A DNA stretch of 63,100 nt, counting the filler, from Octopus bimaculoides (Eukaryota): NCBI RefSeq assembly GCF_001194135.2. It is 6 parts of 6 records of this genome, joined end to end, with 100 filler letters (N's around TTAATTAATTAA, not from the genome) between each part and the next. Parts side by side here need not be neighbours in the genome. Positions count along the whole stretch, not along the records: positions 47,239 to 53,442 come from NC_068998.1; positions 53,543 to 61,871 come from NC_068989.1; positions 61,972 to 63,100 come from NW_026438212.1; 3 more parts are not named here. One strand, written 5' to 3'. How positions within the stretch are numbered: the first letter of the stretch is position 1; each line of letters starts with the position of its first letter. A program made the translations under genes and the position numbers. Below the pieces are notes generated by a model. It was not told where the DNA came from, did not search any database, and saw nothing but the letters and a program-made list of their open reading frames with translations. This document shows, piece by piece, positions 50,621 through 63,100 of the stretch.

Positions 50621-51920
50621 GAAATAATGCAGGTACCAAAATGTGAAAACCTCACAATGAAGAGCGTGTGAATTGGTTGAAAAGGGCAGAGGAGAAATAG
50701 TCGAGAATGGTAAGGATTTAAAGATTAATACAAATATGAATTGCAAAACGAAACAAAATTTCACTTACTTCATCACATGTTTCACTATGCAGTGAAAATT
50801 ACATTGGTCAAACAGGATCAAAATTAAGAGTGGATTAGGATGCATAAGCAATAAATAAAAAATCCATCTGTTAGAGATGTTTCATGTACTGAATATCTAG
50901 ACATTTGTGTGAATGGAATATTCAGAATAGTCTCTTTTCTGCAAGGAAGACAAAAATAATAAAAAACTACGTAATAATTCTAAATCTGAAACTAAACTGA
51001 AGTAGTGAACGCTGATACTAAAAACAATTACTTCAATATGAGTTACCTTGAAACAAAAGTATTCGAAAAGCCGAGAACTGCAAAAAGCTCTTACTCAAAA
51101 GCTTCCTTTCTTTAGGTGTGTGTTAATCTGTTTTTCTAAGTCTTTTTTAGTATAATTAATTATACTAAAAGGAAGACAGTAACTTAGAGCAAGCTAGGGT
51201 ACCCCACAAATCTCTAAACATCATTCAACAGAGAGGCAGTTCCTCAACTTCTCTGATTACGTTTTTATTACAAACAAGAGTAACGGATGACAGTCAGCTA
51301 TAAGGAGATTCGATGAAATTATTTCAACAATGACATGTTAAGATGCAGATGATTGGGGTGGGTGGTGTGTGGTGGTGGTGGTGGTGGTGGTGGTTGTTGA
51401 TGGTTGTAGTGGTTGTGGTGGAGTGATATTGATCATAGGTGGGGGGTTGTGGTGGTAATGTAATAGAAGTATAATCGGTTGCCAAGGAGATCAACTATGA
51501 ACGATAAAACAGTACAGATGATATTTTACTCTTTTATTTATTTATTTACTTAATAATTTGTTTATTTATTATTTAGCTATGTTTTCTTGTTTTCAATAAC
51601 CAACTTTATTTTTTTATATCTTTCTCTGTCCATTTTGCTCCCAATAATTTTCTTTATCTCCAGCCTCATCTCGTCTTTCTCCTTTTCTTTTTCTTGCTCT
51701 CTTTTTCTCTCTCTCTCTCTCTCTCTCTCGTTGCACAAAGGTGCACATATACAGGTTCATCTATATAAGACATGTTAACACACATGCACACGCACACAAG
51801 CAACTATACATACATAGAGACAAGCACAGTACACACGCACATACATATGTATACACACACACACACATATATACATATACATACATATATATGAATCAAT
51901 ATTTATATAGCTCTCCTTTG

Positions 51921-51952
<32 letters not shown>

Positions 51953-52599
51953 TTCTACACACACATACACACACACACATTTATATNNNNNNNNNNNNNN
52001 NNNNNNNNNNNNNNNNNNNNNNNNNNNNNNNNNNNNNNNNNNNNNNNNNNNNNNNNNNNNNNNNNNNNNNNNNNNNNNNNNNNNNNNNNNNNNNNNNNNN
52101 NNNNNNNNNNNNNNNNNNNNNNNNNNNNNNNNNNNNNNNNNNNNNNNNNNNNNNNNNNNNNNNNNNNNNNNNNNNNNNNNNNNNNNNTATATATATATAT
52201 AAATATAAATATATATGTATGTATACATATATATATATATATATATATGTATACTTATATGTATACACACATGTATATGTATACATATATGTATACACGC
52301 ATGCACCCATGCACACACACACACATACACACAAACACTCTTTCTAGGAACATGAATAATTATAAAAAAAAATTATCTACATTATCGGACAAATATCAAA
52401 CATATCTCCAGATGAATAAACTTTTTATAGCTTTTCAAATCATTGGAATGATGAGCTAAAGGAGGGTTGATTTAACGCAAAAATAACACATATCGAGCAT
52501 CTTAAAAAATATAATGGCAAGGAGAAAAAAAAAACTAAAACTAAATGACAGTAAGAGAAAAAAAAAAATATTTAGTCTCTTCTCTTCAGTTTAAATGTG

Positions 52600-52975
52600 T
52601 CATTCAATATAGCTGCAAGCTTCTTGTATTGCATTTGCAAACACTTCCCACACAATAATCCTTATTAGAAAATCGTCTGTAAAAATAATATCTAAGTCAG
52701 CTACAGCTGTAACCAAAGGCTGACTACTGTCATAGCCAGAACCAACAACTGAAATTCTATCCATAAATGCAGATGCAGTAATATTCTCTTGGTCTTAAGG
52801 ATCTTAAGCATCTCATGAAGACCCTTGTGTGTTGTGAGATGGTGGCCTCTAAAGACAGTGCTGTAAAAGTTACATTGGTTGTACTGAGAACACTTTTAAG
52901 AGTGCATCTTCATAGCAAATATATTCTTTTATAAATATTTTATAAATATTGCTGCCAAATTTTTGTACGATGCCT
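52600..52975 (+). mobile_element. Decayed Penelope-like (Naiad-like) linker plus GIY-YIG fragment
   Basis: KHFPHNNPY*KIVCKNNI*VSYSC and KSYIGCTENTFK. Confidence 0.65.
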
Positions 52976-52979
52976 GCAA

Positions 52980-53420
52980 TTTCAGCGAAGCCTAATTTCT
53001 CAAGATTGGTTTTTAGGCAGTGTGTTACATATCTCAGGGCCCCAATAATTACAGGTATAAACCTGAACTTGTAATCTGGATAGAGTAACTACAGATTTCT
53101 CAATAGTTCAGCTTAGGTATTCTCTTTTGCACTGATCTTCAACATTATGTTAACATCCGCTGGGCAGCTAATTTCCACAATTGTACACAGTTTCTCTTCT
53201 GTATCCCAAATCATTATATCAGGTCTGTTGTGCTTACATTTTATTGAGGTCTTCACTTGGGCATTCCACCAGTATTCCTTTTTATTATGAGCGGCTATGG
53301 CTTCTACCATATTGTGGATTCTTCCTCGGGATCATCTTGCCGACGGATTACATTATAGAGTGTCCTAGCTACAATATCATGTCTCATCGTATGTATATAT
53401 GTATGCTAATACATAAACCA
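52980..53420 (-). mobile_element. RLE-type (R4/Dong-like) LINE endonuclease fragment
   Basis: RHDIVARTLYNVIR...EYWWNAQVKTSIKCKHNRPDIMIWDTEEKLCTIVEISCPADVN...ELLRNL..LYPDYKFRFIPVIIGAL, a PD..(D/E)..K restriction-like endonuclease. Confidence 0.85.
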
Positions 53421-53486
53421 AATAAACTACAGATAATTCATCNNNNNNNNNNNNNNNNNNNNNNNNNNNNNNNNNNNNNNNNNNNN

Positions 53487-53498
53487 TTAATTAATTAA
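53487..53498. other. Assembly linker TTAATTAATTAA
   Basis: Flanked by N blocks. Confidence 0.95.
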
Positions 53499-53609
53499 NN
53501 NNNNNNNNNNNNNNNNNNNNNNNNNNNNNNNNNNNNNNNNNNACCCGTAAAACCCAAGAGAGACTTTGCTGTTGATACTTCTTGTGTAGCATCAATTTCA
53601 GTGGGGAGG

Positions 53610-53873
53610 TGTTATATGGACTGTTGGATATGTCATTCGTTTGACGTTCCGTGTGTCACCGTGGTTCGTCTGAGTTCATTGTTTCATTGTTGTTGTCTTG
53701 TGTGACTGTCGTGGTAAAATGTCATTGATATATATATGGCGGACATGACTTGTTTATTCATAATGAACATTGGGTGAGTGCGTTCTTTGTATGTAATTGA
53801 ATAATAAATGTAATAGTTAAATTTGTATAACTCGTTGTGTTATCTCTGCGAGTCATCCGAGGGAAATACAACA
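53610..53873 (+). mobile_element. Possible solo LTR
   Basis: TGTTATA...TACAACA termini form a 6/7 inverted match, with an internal TATA-like tract and AATAAA. No TSD found. Confidence 0.3.
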
Positions 53874-54414
53874 CTATGTATATTTAATGTCGGTATGCAA
53901 GTTACTGCGGTTATTGTCTGAGATAAAATTTCTTATGGATGTGCTGCATTATCGAAGGGGGACCAAATGTCGGCCCAGTAGCGATTAGCGAGAATGTCAG
54001 ATGAATTTCGACCTCACGTATCACTCCTCTATTCATTAATTCATATTTTACTCTCGCTGGAGGAAATATCACACTGTTTCTTTAAGTTCTGTTTCTACTC
54101 TACGTATTGGGCGTTGCTTTAATAGACTACACCTCTTCACTAACTATATATGGCCTTTTACATATGGTTGTATTTAAAAAGCAAACCATAACCCCGCCCC
54201 ACTTTATGCGGAATCACAGTCCGAACATATGCTGCCTGTTATCGTGGATTTTGAGATATTCTCATTCGCTTGGTCTTCAAGTCATGGCCACGCCCTAACT
54301 TCTTGTAGGATCAGTTGTATTTTTCAAGAACTAAGCAGTTAACATGGATACGATAGACCAGGAAATAAACTCCTGGCGTGCCAAGACGATGTCGGGGTTT
54401 CAATCTTCAATCAG

Positions 54415-54560
54415 GCGAAGGTATGGCTGGTTGTGTGGTCACAAAATTCATTTCTGAAACCACATTGAACCAAGTTCGATCCCATTATTCGACATATTGG
54501 GTGTTTTCTAAAGAATACCCCGCGAATTTGGTAGACGGAGACTGTGAAACATATTCGAGC
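54415..54560 (+). mobile_element. Degenerate SINE family C head
   Basis: GGTTGTGTGGTCACAAAATTC...AAGTTCGATCCC...AATTTGGTAGACGGAGACTG. Confidence 0.55.
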
Positions 54561-54774
54561 CTGGCGGGTTAGATTCGTTTGATGAACCTACGAAACTTTA
54601 AGCTGTATGGAGCAGAATCAAACTGTTAAATAAATCCTACCAAATGTGTTGAGTAGCATTTATTTTCGATAGTCCATGTGTGTGCGTGTCTGTGTGTGTG
54701 TGTGTGTGTGTGTGCGTGCGTGCATGCGTGCGTGCGTGCGTGTGTGTGTGTGTGTGCGCGTGCGGATGCGTAGT

Positions 54775-55700
54775 TTTATTTATAGATTTCTTGCCAATGG
54801 AGAAAGAGCCAGTTTCTGACCTAGATTCAAAGTTTCGTCATTAGAATTTCGACAGCATCAACAGCGTAGTGCATTTATGTGTGCATATGTGCAAATATAT
54901 GGAGTCAGTACATGCGCAGATCTGTATATTTTATGTATGTATACTCACACAGAGTTGCATGTCTTGACATGTGAATTTGCGCTTATATACTAAACTTTTG
55001 GACAGTTTTACATATTTCAATAGTTCCATTGATAGTTTGTATTTGTAGTCTCGTAATCAGTTTTGTCCTTTCTGATTTTGAGAATCTTAATTTGTCAAGA
55101 TTGGAACTGAAGCTATTTGTTTCATATCCTAGTGCCCCAATAATTACGACTCTAAATTTGAACTTTTAATCCAGGTGGGGTTGCTGTAAATTTCTTAATA
55201 GTTCTGCGTTGTTGCTTTCTTTTATACTGAACTTTAGCTCTATGTTGACATCCGCAGGTCAATTGATTTCCACAGCTGTATATAGTTTCTCTTCTCCATT
55301 TCATTTCATTATATCAGGTCTGTTATATTTGCATTTAATTGAAGTTTTCAGAGGGACGTTCCACAAGTACTCTTTGATATTTTACATGATTTTGGTCTCT
55401 ACCTCACTAAAGATTCTTACGTCTTAGGCCTCAGGATTATCATTCTAATGACTCTCATTGTACAGTATCATGGTCACAACATCATTACTAGATAACAGGA
55501 TGAATTTTCGGCGCAACTGCTTATGATTTAGATATCTTCAGTGTCAACTCCATAAAATCTGTATTAGCTATCACACTTCGATGTTTTTACCACGTCTCTG
55601 TCCATTTTGTGCATCAGGAATTTGGTAACTATATATCCTGTTCCCGGATTGCAAATGCATACCCTTCAAAGTGAGAGTTAGTGATCCGGTTGTTGGTCCA
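54775..55700 (-). mobile_element. Older RLE-type (R4/Dong-like) LINE 3' fragment with 3'UTR
   Basis: EYLWNVPLKTSIKCKYNRPDIM...VEINxPADVN, an upstream decayed zinc-knuckle region (EDI*IISSC), and the same 3'UTR as 8715-8890. Confidence 0.75.
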
Positions 55701-56256
55701 CAACAGGCTGCTTTGATTATCAATGTTACTGTCATCTTGGAACTTTCTATTAACACATACTCTTCTGCTAATATGTCCTCATTCTTTCAGTATGTCTGTC
55801 TGAATGTATGTATGTATGTGCTTTTATATGTATATGTATACGTCTGTAGATAAGTGTGTGGTGTGTGTATGCGCGTGTGTGTGTGTATGTGAGTGTATGT
55901 GTGTGTGTATGATTTCTATATGTATGTATAGGTATGTATATGGAGGTATGTATGTGCATTTCGCTGATGGGAATGAATAACAAAAAAAAAAAAAAAAAAA
56001 ANNNNNNNNNNNNNNNNNNNNNNNNNNNNNNNNNNNNNNNNNNNNNNNNNNNNNNNNNNNNNNNNNNNNNNNNNNNNNNNNNNNNNNNNNNNNNNNNNNN
56101 NNNNNNNNNNNNNNNNNNNNNNNNNNNNNNNNNNNNNNNNNNNNNNNNNNNNNNNNNNNNNNNNNNNNNNNNNNNNNNNNNNNNNNNNNNNNNNNNNNNN
56201 NNNNNNNNNNNNNNNNNNNNNNNNNNNNNNNNNNNNNNNNNNNNNNNNNNNNNNNN

Positions 56257-56289
<33 letters not shown>

Positions 56290-56839
56290 TCTACAGGAAG
56301 TTTAATATTTTTCTAATTTTTATTTATTTATTCGTTTTATATTGTTTTGCCGGAAGACAAGGGCTTTCGGGGGCTGTGCCCCCAACACACTTTGTAACCG
56401 TCTCATTTGCAGTTTCAGTATCAACAGCTAAATTTAATTAACTATTTGCCTGCTTGCATCAGGACCTTCTGACACATTAAATTAAGATGGTCTCTTTTCA
56501 CTTACCGCTGTTTTAAAAAAATATCGTCCACAACTGACTTTCCTTTTTGTGATTTGTTTGTTTTGTACTTTGTTTTTTTTAACCTCACCTCCCTTTCGGT
56601 TTCATTTTAATAGTTTTGTTTGTTGTTGACTTTGTTGTAATTGTTGGGGGTTTTTTTTTTGGCTTCTATGTTTAATAACTTTTCTCCTTTCTTTTCCCCC
56701 TTTTCCTTCTTTCTCTTCCTATTATTCCTTCTATTCCTTTTCTTTTGGCGTCGTGTTCTTGGCGACTCCGTTTCTTCCAGAAACGTCCTTAACGCTACAA
56801 TAGTCTCGCTGCACTCCACCACACAAACATATGGTCAAT

Positions 56840-57430
<591 letters not shown>

Positions 57431-57624
57431 GATGATGACAGGGTGAAGGGGAACTGGTGAATATTGTAATTTTTTTTGTAGTATGTGGTAGGTTATTCTG
57501 GAAATATTAGAGCGGGGCGGGAGATAAGTGGGAAAAGTGACTGCAAATGGTTAGGTCTTTCACATTAAGGATTTCGTAGTGATTGTGGGGTTTTGCGGTA
57601 ATAAGTCTCCTTAAAGAGGAAATA

Positions 57625-57625
57625 C

Positions 57626-57689
<64 letters not shown>

Positions 57690-57720
57690 GTCTGTCTGTC
57701 TGTCTGTCTATCTGTCTATA
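57625..57720. repeat. (TATC)n(TGTC)n microsatellite
   Basis: Directly visible. Confidence 0.95.
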
Positions 57721-58093
57721 AATGTGTGTGTGCATAAGTTTTTCTTAGGTTTTATAATTTTACTTCTTTTTTTTTGTATATAATTTTGTTAACCCTTTAT
57801 CTGTCTATCTAATTCTTTCTAAGCTTTCCCTTGATGACGTTTCATCACGAATTCAGTTATATGAACAATGCGCAGATGAAAACATCGCTGTTGGGAGTTT
57901 ATTATCAAATACATCGCGTGTACATTGTTAAAGACACTAAAAGCTGGTTGGTGGTTTTAAGAAAGTGAAGGAATGCACAACCATTGAGAATGTGAAGTTG
58001 TGACTATCATGCTGTTGCAGATATATCTCCAGCAAAGCAAATAAGGTACTATTAACACAAAAACTTACTCTGGTGATAATCTGTTTTCTAAAT

Positions 58094-58330
58094 CAGAGGC
58101 CCAATTTTTACCTATGGGCTCCTTTGATTCCTGTTTTACTCGAGTGGACACTCATAGACGTTCGATGTCTAAAACATCCAATTACATTTGTATAATTAAA
58201 TATTATAAGAAATTGTATTAAAAAATTGTTAAAATATTTTGTGTATAACCAATTTATTGCACATAAATTTTCACAACGGTATCTTATGTGGACTCCCAAG
58301 CGTTTTATGGACTCCGGTTAAGAACCAATG
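58094..58330. mobile_element. Degenerate hAT-type MITE (one clear end)
   Basis: Right end GGTTAAGAACCAATG resembles the 59351-59364 TIR. The left TIR and TSD are not convincing. Confidence 0.35.
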
Positions 58331-59017
58331 ATTTATATCAATATATGATATACTGAGAGGGCCAGATACAGTCAGCTTGAATAATAAGCCTGATAACGGG
58401 GGTCGGAAATCGCCCATATGAATACATACAGTATTTGAGAAGACCAATGCTTCATAAAAAGATTGCACTGTCTCAGCTGTAAAGCCTTTCAATATCGTTC
58501 ATATCACTAGAATCTGTTCGAATGAACATCTACGTAAATTTTAAAAAGAAAAAAGAAAAAAACTCTCGTTCGATTCGACGAGTATTGGCAAAGTACAGGG
58601 AAAATAGTTCCTATCGCTTGGTATTCGGATTCATAAACTTCTTCATTAGTTGAGATACCAAAAGATTCCCTAAGGTGCACTGATTTGACTAATAGGAACC
58701 GGTGTTAATCATGACTTTATTTGGTCTCCAACTCTGAACGTATACTAGCGATATAGATTTTACAGAATATTTTAAAATGAGAAGATAATAGAATATACTA
58801 TTTATAAAATTGAGCCAGGTGTGCGACTAAACATTACCACAGGCTGTATGCTTCACATCTCTGATCGACAGCAATCTTAACAGTCAAACAAAGATAACAA
58901 GAAAGCAAAGGACACAAACAATAATAGATCTATTCGTTCTTAATACATTCTACCAGATTCGAACGTGGATATCCAATCGGTGTTTGTTCGTCATCGGAAA
59001 ACCTCCTCCCTTTAGAC

Positions 59018-59364
59018 CAGTAGTTCTCAACCAGGATCCATATGGCCCCTGAGGGTGCATATAAAATTTTTGGAAGTCCACGAAACAAAATTGTAAATTG
59101 GAGATCCACAATAGTATTTTAAGAGCCTCTGAAGAAATTTTGCTTTAGATGTATATATTGGTATATATTGCAAGAAACTGCGAAGTTTCTCTCTCTAACA
59201 TTTTACTTAGTTCAATCTACACAAGTCAATGTGTGAAAAACGAAATAGGAATTTTGAAATAAGTTTCTATAAAACTAGTTTTTGAACACTGAATAGCTAT
59301 GAGGGTACTCCAGAATAGATTAGTAATTAAAGGGGTCCATAGACAAAAATGGTTGAGAACCCTG
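59018..59364. mobile_element. hAT (Charlie/Buster-like) MITE (347 bp)
   Basis: TIRs CAGTAGTTCTCAACC and GGTTGAGAACCCTG. Perfect 8-bp TSD CTTTAGAC at 59010-59017 and 59365-59372. Confidence 0.9.
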
Positions 59365-60057
59365 CTTTAGACAGTGCATATTCATATCGCATGCAATTCA
59401 CCAATTCAACGATATAAGGGAACTTTGGGAAACGCAATGTTTCGACCTCGTTTTACTACTCAGTCAAAGCTACTCCACCGGACGATGAATCTTGACGAGA
59501 GCACTATATCTTGTTTATAGGAGTTAGCAAACAAGGTCTCTGGGTCCTCTTACACCTGGGAACCAGTGAAATACGTGCGTTACAAACACGTATCGTCTCA
59601 AAGGAAGAAGCATTCTCCGATGACGAACACAAGTCAGCGATTAGATAGTTAGGTTCAGATTTGCCAGAATGTATTAAGAATGAATAGATACATTATTGTT
59701 TGGATTCTCACTGTTCTGCGTGCACCCCATGACAAAACACAAAGGCAAGAAATCACGGCAGAAAACATTTTTGATTCTGTCATTGAAGAATAAAACACTT
59801 TTGAAACACCGATAGTTTCAAGTCATAACAACAAAACTAAATACTACATTAAGAAATCACATAAATAAGATAAATGATAAAAGAAAATAAATAGACACAA
59901 TATGATGTGACTGGAAGCTTCTGAGCAAATATTTGCCTAGTTTCAAACCAGGGTATATAAATAAACAATTGTTGTTTCGTAATATGTCTATGTGCGTGTA
60001 TATGTGACTGTGTGTGTATGTATGCATGTGTATATATATATGTATATATGTATATAC

Positions 60058-60088
<31 letters not shown>

Positions 60089-61462
60089 AGTGTGTGTGTG
60101 TATGTGTGTGTGTGTCATATACATACACGCACGTATATAATCCTTCTATCCATTCATCCACCCTACGTACATTGATACATATACATACATACATACGCAC
60201 ACATATATATATACATTCATACATACACACATGTATATCTATGTGTGTGTGTGTGTGTGTGTGTAGTGAAAAGACGTAGAAATCTGTTCGTAGCCACAAA
60301 ATATATTTATTTATATATTGGCCTATTTACACTAAGTCTATATTCCTCTAGGTAAATTAACTCTGAGAGTTACTCCCCACCTTAACCCCTAAACGTTAAG
60401 CCCTATATACACCACTACAAATTCAAGATACCACCCTTTGCACTTGCCCCCACCCACCCATACCTCCTTCTTTCCACACATCCAGTCTCCCGCTGCATAC
60501 ACACCACTTTTAGTGTGGTTGTTATATATTCTTACGCTGTTCACAAGTTAGCAAGGTTGTGTGTGTAGATAATGACCACACTAAAGAGTTTGCAAATATT
60601 TCATTAATCTGCATTGTTATATTTACAAATGTACATCTAATAAAGGATACAACAAGGTTCCAAGAGCAAAACAGTTAGGAAACCTCTGCATATAACTTGC
60701 TAGATATTATGATGAGGACAGCGCAAGGAAATTAAATCATTGCTTATAATTAATGTGCTTTTGGACACAAGTAAAGGTTTAGTTTTTTTTTTGTCGATTA
60801 CTTAAAAGTGAAAGCCGAGGAGCGAGAACAACACGTTGAGGTATAAAACATTGATTATTGTTGATAGCTTAGCGAGATCTCTAGTTAAGCTGAATTTGCT
60901 AGCTTTCTTATAGCACTCAATCATCTTTCTAGAATTTTTGGCCGGACTGTTTGACGAGAAAATACACTTATTTCCTTTGAAGCTTTGCCGCTTCAGCCAT
61001 AACAAGTCAACCAGTGCTGATCGGTCAGGCCATATTCACATAGATGTTAATTCCTTTTGTGGCGGCTCTTTTCCTTTTATGGAAATAAATGAGTTCATAG
61101 TTCTATACTGGGATATTCTTAGAGCTATGGTTCAAATCTCAGTCGGTGTCTTACACATTGAACTCAAAATCTCACGACTTACCAACCTTTGCAGATTAAT
61201 TATAACCAATCAAATAATGCTTTATTTTCCAAAACAAATCTACTGCCAATAAAAAAAACACACACACACACACATTTCTTTAATATTTTGTGACTGCAAA
61301 GAATCTCTGTGCTTTTTTCCTTCTGTCTGGTGTATTTAAATATGAAATTAGACCGTTTCGCCCCTCAAAGAGTATGTTTTTGTTATGATTACATGAACTC
61401 GCTCATTCATTATATATGCATACCCAAACACACACACACACACACACATACGAATACGTACA

Positions 61463-61497
<35 letters not shown>

Positions 61498-61556
61498 ATT
61501 TTTATTTATGTGTTTCAGCCAAATGGCTGCGGTCATATATATACACATATACATGC

Positions 61557-61593
<37 letters not shown>

Positions 61594-61915
61594 AATAAAG
61601 GTCAGGAGAAGGGAGATTTTCCACATCTATAATTTTATACAGTTATTTACAGCATTCTTCCTTGGACCTACGCGCGTTATATATACGGTTATTGGGAGGT
61701 GGCTGCAGATTTACCAGGGTGCCAAGGATTCTTTCTCATCCAAGTTACGAAAAAATCGGATATTACAGTATAATGTGGTGTGAAAGAAAGAAAGTGGTGA
61801 ATATAGTCAAGTTGACGGTTTCTCATGAAGATAACATGGACGCTGCTCGGACTCGAAAGATAGACCGTTATNNNNNNNNNNNNNNNNNNNNNNNNNNNNN
61901 NNNNNNNNNNNNNNN

Positions 61916-61927
61916 TTAATTAATTAA
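61916..61927. other. Assembly linker TTAATTAATTAA (44N either side)
   Basis: N at 61872-61915 and 61928-61971. Confidence 0.95.
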
Positions 61928-63100
61928 NNNNNNNNNNNNNNNNNNNNNNNNNNNNNNNNNNNNNNNNNNNNTCTTCTTCTTCTGCTTCTTCTTTTCCACA
62001 TACACAATAATCAAAGGCATCTTCATCTTCGCCAACAGAAAATATCACTACCAACATTATCATCAATATCATATCCATTATCACAAGAAAAGCTGAGAAT
62101 CCTCATCTTTTTCACAATAATTAAAATTAACATCACCCTACAATCAGCATCATAACATCATCACCACTCCCACAATTATTTCTTCTCCTTTTCCACATCC
62201 TTTACTACAACAACATCCTGAAGTTCATCATGATGTTAATCTACTTTTAATCTCTTCCATCATCCAATACTTTAGACACAAATTTGTTCAATAAATGTTC
62301 TTAACTCAATGTTATGTTCCAGGGATTTGTCCGCTAATAAAATTGCGAAAATCAAAGCAGACAACTTCCGAAATCTCGCCAGTTTCACAACTCTGTAAGT
62401 TGAATCAACCTACGTTTATAGTATTTCTTTGACGATATCTTTCAAAAAATGTAATGTCTTTCTGTAGACGCAATTTAAACTTTGTCCCCTTCATATACTT
62501 CTACAAATTTCTTCTGCTTCTTTTCCTGTCTGTACATCTAGTTCTTTTATTTCTTTGTCTCTGAAATATTTGTCTTATGTAAAACATCTTCAGCTTCTTC
62601 TTCTTTATTCATCATATTCAACGTCTACTTGATCAAGCTCTTCTTCATCTCCTTCATGTTTATCTTAATTATGAAAATGAAAGAAGTATAAAAAACGGCA
62701 TTTTTGATGGGATGACCCATTGCACATTCCTTTCAACTTAATTTTATGTTGCAGAAATTTGTATAAACAATGCAATCAAGAAAATTGAAGACGCAACTTT
62801 TCAGAACTATTCTAGTTTAACAGAATTATAATTTGGACAGTTGTAGATTGTATTTCATTGCCGTCGTATTTATAATCTTTAATTACCATTCCATTCTATT
62901 GCGCTCTTTCTTCTTGTCACACTCTGCATTCTCAAACCACCTCCAGAGCTGTATGTGATGGTGTTTCAATGTCTCTAAATGTGAATATGTGTGTTCCTGA
63001 GTCCTTACTTGAGACTGTGTGATTGTTCAAGCTGCACATTTTATATACGCGTATGCATATGCTTATGTTTCGTGTAAGGAGTAGTTCAATACTAGTGTAT

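Noticed and set aside
58340-58492. Possible L2-like RT-thumb peptide (FYEALVFSNT)
   Set aside because: A single weak motif, and the ORF runs into a MITE.
60938-61252. 104-aa plus-strand ORF starting at TTG
   Set aside because: No ATG start or recognisable domain; chance ORF length is plausible.
62400-62960. Acidic, coding-like minus-strand tract (EGDEEELDQVDVEYDE)
   Set aside because: Many stops; may be a decayed TE but no diagnostic motif is visible.

Overview
This is eukaryotic, AT-rich, repeat-saturated draft-genome sequence. The SINE families, very dense (TA/CA/GA/TATC)n microsatellites and gap style point to an octopus (coleoid cephalopod) genome; this is inferred by pattern recognition, with no database search. 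I recognise no intact host protein-coding gene. Almost all ORFs in the supplied track are microsatellite or N-gap artefacts. What the sequence does support is a layered transposon fossil record. It holds several tRNA-head SINE families, some with TSDs and recurrent head-to-tail dimers, and Penelope-like elements of two types. One pseudo-LTR carries an intact minimal type I hammerhead ribozyme, and four others carry a variant-core hammerhead. There are RLE-type LINEs (HERO-like and R4/Dong-like), RTE and CR1 remnants, two hAT MITEs with perfect 8-bp TSDs (one splits a C2H2 zinc finger), a 79-bp mariner-type MITE, a possible solo LTR, and a decayed 28S rRNA fragment spanning the D7a hidden-break region. 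Weak candidate exons and microexons on both strands and a pre-miRNA-like hairpin are flagged as hypotheses only. Five 44N-TTAATTAATTAA-44N spacers are assembly linkers, so order and distance across them are uncertain. I found no CRISPR array and no evidence of a wholly new multi-gene system.
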